Source: Kudoa neothunni (Eukaryota; Animalia; Cnidaria). Taken from it: DNA of 64,000 nucleotides. Below are positions 24,851 to 34,967 of the stretch, piece by piece (position 1 is the first letter of the stretch; every line of letters begins with the position of its first letter). Both the position numbers and the translations under genes were made by a program. The stretch spans positions 1,086,809 to 1,150,808 of the forward strand of contig OZ199838.1 in the NCBI GenBank assembly GCA_964304625.1. Direction: 5' to 3'. The notes under the pieces were generated by a model, which did not search any database, was not told where the DNA came from, and saw nothing but the letters and a program-made list of their open reading frames with translations.

Positions 24851-27777
24851 ATGAAGTTATTGGTACATTTATTTGAAATATGCTTGATTTTTTCCTGTAA
24901 TTAACAATTAAATTCTTTTTATTAATAAAATATAGCTAAATTCGTTTCACTTAATGGAGAGACTGTTAGGGTACAAACTCCGGCTGCACCACAAGTTCCA
25001 GTTCCAACAGAAGTTCCTACAATGGCACTCAGTTATTCTATCGTAAAAGATAACAGTGGTGGAAGAGAAGTACAATTAAAATTAACTGGTAGTGATTTTG
25101 GTGAATCCACAAAATGTTATATCAAGAAATCTGCTGAAAACCTTGGAAGTTATAGAGACATCGATACCTGTTCTCAACCTAATGAACAATGCGCAAATAA
25201 TAATTGTTGTAGAACATGTACGGGAAATGGCAATAAATTCACCTTCGATAAATTTTCACCAAGGACAAAATACGTAGTGGTATTTTCTGGAGACACTACT
25301 TCAACTCTTGTCTCGAAAACCAATGATGGAACAGTTTTTGGACTTGAATTACGTAACTAATGATACTTTAAGTTTGTTTAACTTGATATTAGCACTATTG
25401 GTTAATCCACAAGTTACAATAACTGTTACAGACGGTAAAAAACTCAAATTAAGCACTATCACATGTAAACAAGTTGCATGCCCCATATATTACAAAGATG
25501 TGAAATATGTAGAAGGAACTGCAGGGGATAGTTGTACTACTGCACATGCTAGTGATAATGAGGTGGAATTTGATTTGATGATCCCACATTATGAAATGAG
25601 GTGTAAGGATTATCCAAGTTTCTTTTATAAATTGCAAAACGCTTATACATTGATGAGTATGGATGTTTATAAACCACAATATTATGTCAAATATAATGAT
25701 GCTAGTAAAAATAAATATTTGTTAAAGTTTACAAACAAATTTCCATTCGAAATATGCCGATTCAGTATTAAAGATCACTCAACCACCGTCGATGCTACCA
25801 CGTCCAACGAATATACATCAAATTGTGGTGGAACAAATAAAATTTGTTACGCTCCTTGTAATGACGTCGAACTAGCTTTTACTGCTTCAAAAACCGTAGT
25901 CGATATATTGATCCAATCTAGACATTTTCCTTCAGAAAAACAAACCAATGTTTATCTCGGATACAAGCAGAAAAAGTTTGGTAATTTTAATATTTTTAAT
26001 CTTAAATAATCTCCCTTAGTTGTTATTGAACCCTCCGCTGCTGAGAGAGCATTATTCTCAAAAATCACAAAAAGTGGTGTCACATTGAATGTTCCACTAT
26101 TTAATCCATCAGAAGACCCTAAATTTTCAACTTGTACAGTGAAATATTACGCAGCAGATAAACCACCACCAAATGATGGAACGGCAGCTAATTGCGAAGA
26201 TCCTAGTGCCGTTTGTCAAAAGGACTGTCAGGCTGCTTTAACAATATCAGGACTTTTAAGTGGTAAACCATATACACTCACAATTACACCAGCGACTACA
26301 AATGGCATACCAACCGACTTTAAAGAGCATATATTCTTTCGAACTGGTAAGAGATATAAAGAATAAATAGATTTTATTGATAATTATATAGAAAAAGGAG
26401 AATCAAATACATTTCCTACAGTGACCCCAACGATGGGAGAGAGAACTGCTTCGATCAAGGCCATAGATGTAGATGAAGGCGGAGTTTTATCAAGTTCGGA
26501 CATTACATGTGCTTATTATGTTAGTCCCAGAGGAAAGGATGTGTACGTCTGTGCAATGTGCGTCGATAGCTATCCTTGTCGAGGTTATTGCAAAGAGACT
26601 CAAACAATTGTTGGATTAAAATCAGGAACAGAATATGATCTTAAAGTTGTTGCTCATAAAGAATATGGTACCAAAATACATCAGATCACAACAGGTATAA
26701 AATTAGCTACAAAAATAAATAATGAATTTTTAGTGAAATCAAGACTCACACTTGAGAAACAATTTGTTGAGAAAGGTTTCAAAATAATAGGAACATTATC
26801 TACTCCAGACGATACAGCTGAATGCCATTACAATGTGGAAATTAAAAATGGAGACAAATATAAATTGGTTTATCAATGCCCACGAGCACCCATTTCTACA
26901 GAACCAGCTAAAAAATCCTCCAGTAAATCGAAATACGATAAAATCACTGTAGCTAGATCGTCTGCTGATCTATCTACCTCGACAACAAAAAAAACTATTT
27001 CACCATCATTAGCTACATGCACCGAGATTGCTTTATGCTCCGAAATATTATTCACGAATAATTATGATCGATTAAAAAAATATCGTGTAGTGGTAACATC
27101 AGTTAATGGAAAAGTACAAACAAATATTGTAATTCCTGAAAGTAGAATATTTTTTAATTTGATAATTTTATTATGAAAATAAATAATGTAAATGATTAAA
27201 ATTAGATCCACTACCAACAAACCAGGATATAAACAAACAAATTATAGTAAGTATTAAGCGCGATGGAAACAAATTAAAGATCACAACAATACTACCAAAG
27301 GAAGTAGCTGAAAGCACTTGTGGTTGGGAATTAAGAGATTCAACTAAACCTGATAAAGTTTTAATTAAATCATGCAATGGGGAAAACGATGGAGGTTGTG
27401 AAAGTTTTCCAAAATGTAACGAATTTGAAATCACTGATGTTGAAGACACAAACGATTATCATCTGACGGTTTACGTAAATAATGACAAATCAATCAAAGG
27501 AAATAGTGAAATTAAGCAGGGTAAATGTGAGTCGTCTTTCGATTAATAATTTTATTTTAGGAGAAACGTTTGATACAATGAAATCAACGTAATTTGACAT
27601 GTATATATAATTAATTTATTTATAATTAAATTTTAGATCCAAAAACACCATGTAAAACTATATATTGTTGCTATATAATAAATTAATTAATAATATAGAA
27701 TAATAGTAGTAGCTGCAGTTGCAGGTGTAGTTGTCCTTGTAGCGGTTATATTCGTTGTCATAAAGAAGAAGAATTAG
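24851..27777 (+). CDS. Cys-rich FN3-like repeat type-I membrane protein, paralogue 3 (apparently intact)
   Basis: ATG at 24851 starts a signal peptide. GT-AG introns of mostly 39-42 nt fall at the same phase-1 positions as in copy 1. There is a 28-nt and a 15-nt (27637-27651) micro-exon, and a TM exon ending KKKN-TAG. Confidence 0.88.
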
Positions 27778-27973
27778 CCAACTAATATTTATTTTATCAT
27801 TTTTATTTATTATTTATTAACCTTTCTGTTTGATTATTCGAATTTTTCTTCGTCTTTTTTTATAATTATTCATAAAATAATAAAATTTGATAATTATAGT
27901 TGGTAACTAATAGATCGTACTTTAATTGAATTCGCGTGAGCACACAAACACAATTTAAATAATGGCGAATTAA

Positions 27974-29615
27974 TCTGTCTATATCTATATCTATCTTCGT
28001 TTTCTATCTATGTTTCTACTATATATATATATATATAAAGCTGAAGTGTCCGTGCGTGTGTCGGCAAGTAAGCATGCGAGTCAAAATTTTTTAAAAATTA
28101 TAATTTTTCAAAAAATCTTTAATTCGTTTTCACATTATCAAATGTTCCCAGAAGTGTTTAGAAAATGGTTATTTCGTCGATTCAAAGTTTGTTTATTGGA
28201 TTACTTGAGTTTAACAATAAGATTAACACCTGTTTATAACCTGTTGATGGTCGGTTGAAGTTTATTAAAATACACTTTAAGGCTAACTACAATAACTGTA
28301 TACGAATTTGGTGCGGCACCGACATGCAATCGGAACAAAGTCGTTTCCTACAATTTGTCCTACTAATTTATTTCTCATAAAAAATTTTCAATATTTCTTT
28401 ACATCATAAAAAATTTATAATTATAGAAAAATAACAATTTTTAAAGTATTTATCAACAGCATTAAGGTTTCACGTGAATCCGAATATGTTCCACGCAAGA
28501 TTTATTTCCAGTTTAGGAGATAATTCCTTTTGGTGTAAAATTTATTAAGTTATTCTTTTAATGATAAAAAAAAGAGAAAAATTTTCAAAAACGTAGTATA
28601 TTAACAGGATAAATTGTAGGAAACAACATTTCCGGTTGTTTATGAGATACCGCCCGAAATTGGCACACAAAATTGTAGCTTAGTCCAATTCTGTGTAAAA
28701 CCGCAGTAGAGACTTTATCGGTTGATATTTGCTAGATTAGTCTTAATTGGTCTTTTCCTAGACCACACGTCGATATTTTCTTACATTCAAGCTGAAATGA
28801 TCTAAACCTTTACGCTTTTTATACTTTAGTAAAAGTTAAATTTTTATCATAAAAACGTATCTGGCTATTTAAATGACATTTGAAATGAAAACGATTGATA
28901 TTTACTTCTCTTATTTTTCCTTTTTTATCCAATATTTATTAGAGTTTACTTTTCAGCATAACATCAGGGTCATATTCAAAATATGCCATAACAAAGTGCA
29001 TGAGATCACATGATGTTATATTTATATGATTAATATTATTCTTCTGTCTGGACGATAATTTGGTTTATTTTATCACGTATCTAGGAACTTAAAAAATACG
29101 TTTCATATAGCCATTAATGATTAATCATATTTTTCACTAGCCCATTCTTTTTTCTTATGTAAAAATAACGTGAACAAATTTAACGGGAGCATGTGATGAT
29201 TAATTAAATTAAATAATCTGATTATTCGATTTAGATATTCTGATTAAGCATTTAAATAATAAAAATACGTCGCATAAATACACCAATGTATTAACATCAT
29301 GAAACAGCATTTAATTTAAATTGTCGAAAAGAATTTTATGGAGACATCAGCTTCAGAATTCATAGTTAAACAAAACATTATGTTTTTACACGGGGACAAT
29401 CTAATTTTGTATTAATCTGATTTGTGCGCTATCAAAGTGACTGTATTAAATTTGATCCGTATTCAAGTTGTGATATTTTATTGATTAAAAAGAACCTTTC
29501 CTCTCTATGGTTTATTTCCTATATTTTTTAATAAATTGTTACAAATTACTACAAAAAATTTGTTACGTAAAAACATTGGGCAAGGAACCTGAGCGTGAGC
29601 CAAAGTTTGGGCTAG
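27974..29615 (+). mobile_element. Non-autonomous Helitron-like element, copy B
   Basis: Stuttered TCTAT/TCTACT(AT)nAAAGCTGAAG 5' end; homologous to 1575-1840; GC-richer subterminus then CTAG|T at 29612-29616. Confidence 0.6.
28281..28686. mobile_element. MITE with ~110-bp imperfect TIRs nested in Helitron copy B
   Basis: GGCTAACTACAAT...GTTTCCTACAATTTGTCCT at the left end is the reverse complement of AGGATAAATTGTAGGAAAC...ATTGTAGCTTAGTCC at the right end. Confidence 0.65.
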
Positions 29616-31199
29616 TTGAATATATGTCTAAAGTTAATTAATTTTAAATAATCTTGGCTAAAACTAGCTAACAAAAGTTTAATCAAAGATCAAACATAAT
29701 TAATATATGGGTTTAGGTCACATTTAATTTTTCTGGATTATTTAATAGCTACTAATAAATATTTTTAACTTAACACATTATTTTCTTTGTTTGAATAAGA
29801 ATGTTTCTTTAACTTTTAAATGAAACTCCGAAGAACCTAGTTAAATAATCATTCATTATTCTAAATAAATTAATGTATATTTTTTATGCATAAAAATCTA
29901 TATGGGAGAAACAAAAGTTCTAAAAATGAAAAATTATACAATGTACGCTTTAATTTCTAGAAGAGTTAATTTAACAAAACATCAATGAAACAATATAGTA
30001 TTGACCTTATTTGTCTATGGTTTAATTCTTTCAGTCTATGAATAATTCGATTTTAGAATCTGTGTATGGCTAATACAATTTAATATTTTAACCTTCTAAA
30101 GACCAAAAAACACAGTAATGGGGGAGTGTACAGCTCCCATTTTTCACCTCTTTGCGCATATCCGACAATCCCAGTTTTAATTTAAATCAATTATTCACTA
30201 TTTAAACTTTTGACCGAACAGCAATTAACCCCATAATTCACTTCTAAGAATTTTGCTAACATTCATTTTCGGATTAAATCGGCACACGTGTGAGTGAATT
30301 CGCAAGGTAGTTTTGTTCTGTTTTCCATATGAATTTACCTTATTAGCGATGAATAAGCATTGTTTAACGTTGCTTTAAATTTAATATGAATGGTTGCAAC
30401 GTCGTGGAAACTAATAATAACTGTTTATAATTGCACGAAATAATTAATGTTTATTAATTTCGTTTGCTACAGCTCTCTAACTTTCTGCTTTTGTATAATC
30501 ATTTTTCATAAATTTTTTTAGTTTATATATTATTTTTAATATTCTATACCTGCAAGACAGCGAAAGAAGACACAATTTGAAATAAGAACACAGGATTAAC
30601 AAATATATTACATGCATTATTATTTTTCTTTCAAAAACATATTAACTAAGAATTAATTCACATAAACTTTTAATATTGAATATGAAAACCGTAAATTTGC
30701 AGTTTTATACGGGGTTTAAAATTTTTTATAAAGTCGTTATGAATTTATAAATTGATTCCATAGGAACTCTCTGTAAGCTTTTATTCGATGGTATTTTTTA
30801 CCAAGATATTTTTTGTAAATAAGTCATATATGGTAGAAAAAGCATGTTTTTATTTTTATCATTTTAATTCTATCGACAAATTAAGTTTTGTGATTTCATT
30901 TATAGTTTTCAGTTTTCTACATTAAAAATATTACTTAAGATAATTTAAAGTTTGTATTTCAGGTATTATAACATTCTTATGAGATTAAAAAGTTAATATT
31001 ACGATAATCGATGATTCCGTTTAAAAATAATTCAAGAATATAAAGGATAATACAAAACTCTTAATTTAAATATTATAGTTATTTTCAATTTAGCAGTGCG
31101 CATAGAATAAAAACATAAATTTAAAGAACCAAAAAATGGAATTATTATTCAATTAATTCTAAGAGATAGGGTAGAGTGTGTTTATTGAATTTAAATAAA

Positions 31200-32298
31200 A
31201 TTGAAAAATTCCCATTTATTGCTGAACTTCGATCGCATCCATTCTTCGTGAAGATATGAATTAAGGTACGCTATGGGGACACCACTCATCCGTCGTAATA
31301 ATTTGGTCATAAAATGGTATCACACAACTTCCACTGTATTTGTGTGGTGACTTTCTATTGTGACGAATACCTTGGAATAGTTACCACTTATGTGGGTAAA
31401 TCCATACATTCCAATGGTTGGATATGCTTTCCATTCTTCAGTAAAGATTGTGGAACCAGACTCAACTTCTTGACGTCTTAATGGTATCAATGTACTTGCA
31501 TCCCTTCTTTGAGCAATAAAATATCTAGACTCTAATAGACTTCTTTTGCCTTCACAATCGACGGAGTATTCGCATATTCCCGCCACCCAAGGCCCTTCGA
31601 TACGAATACCATAACGCTCAACAGTGTAGGAATTTTCCCTCCTTTCAGTTAAGTCATTCTTCGATTCAGATGGATTATAGGTTTCAATAGGGGCGTTTCT
31701 CCACCAATCATATGCCAAATATCGTCCACGATTATTTTTTCGCTTTCCTTTTAGGAGACATTCATCAGTTTCGACAACTTTTTTAGGGCCACCAAATTTT
31801 GAACGCAAATAAAACGATTCAGTTGAAATTATCCAAAATTTGGAAAGCCAATATGTAACCGTTTTTCCAGATAATTGCGCCAAACTAACTGTTTTGCATC
31901 GCTGTTCTTCGAAACTCCATAAATATACAATCTCAAATATTTCCTGAATTGTTAAATTTGAACAATTATTGCCAAGTACGTTAGTTATTGAAAAGAACGT
32001 TGATGTCTGAGGAGAACAATTAGTTTTGTAGTTTCTATCGTAGAAAATAAAATATGTTTTACTAACAACATTACTTGGAACATATATATGAAAATTTTTC
32101 AGCTAAGTTATTTTTTCATTCATGCAAAGCATTATTATTTAATTTTCTTTTAATAACTTTCAGTTTAAAATTATGTCTTCCACAATTTCTGCACCTTGTA
32201 GAAATTCGGATAAGGTTTTTGTCAATTTACAAATTTGTTAGTTTCTCGTTTCTGAGTAAAAAGCTGTAAAATTGGTGTTGGCTACAGATTAACACCAT
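31200..32298 (-). pseudogene. Merlin/ISXO2 (DDE_Tnp_IS1595-like) transposase, disrupted
   Basis: Motifs GGPKKVVETDECLLKGKRKNNRGR, WVAGICE, RRDASTLIPL, GSTIFTEEWKAY and HTNTVE, plus downstream YLNSYLHEEWMR and upstream RCRNCG. Stops and frameshifts are present. Confidence 0.88.
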
Positions 32299-32341
32299 AA
32301 GGTAAATTCAGTAAATGTCTTGTTAATTAAAATGAAAACTA

Positions 32342-34225
32342 CAGTCGAATCTGGATATTGCGTAATTTATTTCCATCCTCAAAAAATTACGCAATATCCA
32401 GAAATTACTCAATATAGGTATTGGCGCAAGCGCATTGTGTAAGAACAAAAATTTATTTTGGTTTAAAATAACTAGTAATTTCAGTCTGTTTATGCTTTTT
32501 TTGGATTATTTCAGGTATGAAATTCATAACTGGATGCGTTGAAAATAATGCTTTTGGGTTTTCTTGCATAAAAGCTTTTCTGATTAAATTGATCGCTTTT
32601 TTAAGTTCCGAAGTTGACACAAGCGTTTCATCTTTTACAAAATCCGGATTGACATTCTCTTAAAATTTATCAGTTTCGTGCGTTTCAGGTAAATCTATCT
32701 TTTTCTCCTCTTCAATGTTGTTGATTTCGTCAAATTTTTTATCTAAAAAATAAGGTTGATGTACAATGTAAAAGTGTGAAAAAATTTTCACCATCTAATA
32801 ATTTTTAATTCAGGGTTATAAAGGATGGAATTACAATGCTCAAAAAGTCTAGATTTTCTGAAACAATTTTGAATAGTAATCGAAGATACGTTTTCCCATG
32901 TCTACTTCAAAGTTTTTATACAGTCCAAAACGGTATACTTAATTAAATTTGAACTGTTGTCTTCAGATAATTGATAGGTTGTCAAAATTTTACAATACTG
33001 GCATTTTAAACCGCGTATGACACCAAGGTCCATTGGTTGTAGTACACTTGTGGTGTTTTTAGGTAAAAATACTAGTTTAACATTTTCAAAGTGATGGAGG
33101 TTTTGTGGATGCACAGGGCACTGATCCAATAATATTAGAACTTTCCTTTTTCTTCTCGTATTTTTTATCATAGGATTTAAGGATATCGTAAAAAATTTCA
33201 GAAGACATCCAAACATTTTTTATGCATAATTTTTCAAAGGAAATGACTCTGATTTATTAAAACACCTGGGTTTTTGATACTTCCCTATTACAATATGTGG
33301 GAATTTTTTCCCTGTTAAAGACGCAGACACAAGAACAGTAACCTTTTTCTTGGATTGTTTCATTCCTTTTACGTCGGATTCGTCATTTAGAGTATACGTG
33401 TGTAAGAGTAACTGTTCATAAAAACGAGGCGTTTCATCCATGTTTATTATGTAGCATTTTTTGTATCCTAGTGAAATTCCTGGAAATTTAACCAAAAAAT
33501 CCAGTACAGTTTGATTATTCACACTGCTGGCTTCACCATGCAATTTTTATAATGAATACAGTATCTATTTTTAAATCCCACGAACCAACCATTACTACCG
33601 GAAAATTCATCAGGCCCTATAGATTTAGCGATACTTTTGGCCTTTTCAACAATTAAGTATGCAGGGACAATCTTCTTCTGATTTCGTATTTTAGTGATCC
33701 ACGTATAGAGTAAATTGTCCAACTCCTTGTATTTGCCTTCTTTCATTCTTTTTCTTGAAGTTGAAACAGTAGAATTAACAATATAATTTTGATCAGCTAT
33801 AATCCTATCATGTGTAAAGTGCCCTGCAAATATACTTTAATGGGGTTAGATAATTTTATATTACTAGATAGCGTGAAATGTTTAACAGTCATTGCTTTTG
33901 CTCCTTTAAGAGATTTAATTGAATTATAGTATTCGATAATTTCAATTTTTTCAGCCACCATTCGCTGGTTCCTTGTCATTTTTGTTTCGCAGAATTCGAA
34001 AAGAAGATTAAGGGGGATTAAACTAAACAAAATGGTAAGCAGTAGAGATATTTTAGTTTTAGCTCAAAATCTTAAATTTTTACATCGTTAATAACAACTT
34101 TTTATCTTAGCTTGCTTTGTTAACATCTATTTAAATACTATATACGCAATGTTTAATTAAAAGATCTAAAATATACGTTATATTTCAATAAACTTGTGAA
34201 ATTACGCAATATCCAGGTTCAACTG
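32342..34225 (-). mobile_element. pogo/Tigger element (DD31D) with a frameshifted transposase
   Basis: TIRs CAGTCGAATCTGGATATTGCGTAATTT and AAATTACGCAATATCCAGGTTCAACTG, with TA on the left and CA on the right. ORF pieces 33797-34030, 33519-33746 (CENP-B HTH, FSGSNGWF), 33220-33543 (HGEA, NMDET) and 32902-33216 (LLDQCPVH, FLPKNTTSVLQPMDLG). Confidence 0.93.
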
Positions 34226-34967
34226 CATTCTGAAAATGTAAGAATTTGTTATTAATGTTTGGATACGAATAAAGAATACATTAATTATTAGGAGTTCATA
34301 AAATAAATTATAAATATACTAGAATTAATTTTAGGTAAAAACCAAAACTTAAGCGAGATATCTTTTCAAAGTTTCTTCTTAGTGAGCTTCAAAAAAATTG
34401 ACGGAATCAAAGTGATGCAGTTAAAGCGAAAATGTTTTCCATTATAATCGACAGAAAGATTAACACTTTATTGAAATAATGTCGATAAAAACACATTATA
34501 AATTTAAAACGACGCAAAACCATGCTTAATCATGTCTAATAAGTTAAATTCATATTGAAAATAGAACAAAACTACCTTGCGAATTCACACGCACATGTAC
34601 CGATTGAAGCCGAACGTAAATTTTAGCAAAATTCTTAAAAGTGAATAATGGGGTTAATTGTTGTTCCACAAAAAGTATAAAAAATGAATAATTGATTTAA
34701 AATAAAATCCGGATTGTCGGATATGTGAAAAGGGGTGAAAAATGGGAGCTGCACACTCCCCATTACTGATTATATAAAGGTAAGTAATTCTATATTTTCA
34801 AACAAATTATCTAAAATTATTTTTAAAAACAGAACGGCGATTTTTTCTCATTCGATTACAATTTTTTGGCGAATTTTGATCCTATTCTAACTATCCATTA
34901 ATCTCATATTGAAATAGTCCAATAAATGCAACGAGAATTATCGTATAAAAAATATATACAGGGTTAA

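Larger units (their letters stand above)
30113..34768 (-). mobile_element. Merlin (IS1595/ISXO2-like) element with ~250-bp TIRs and a nested Tigger
   Basis: 30113-30365 (CAGTAATGGGGGAGTGTACAGCTCCCATTTTTCACC...) is the imperfect reverse complement of 34518-34768. It encloses an ISXO2-like transposase. Confidence 0.87.
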
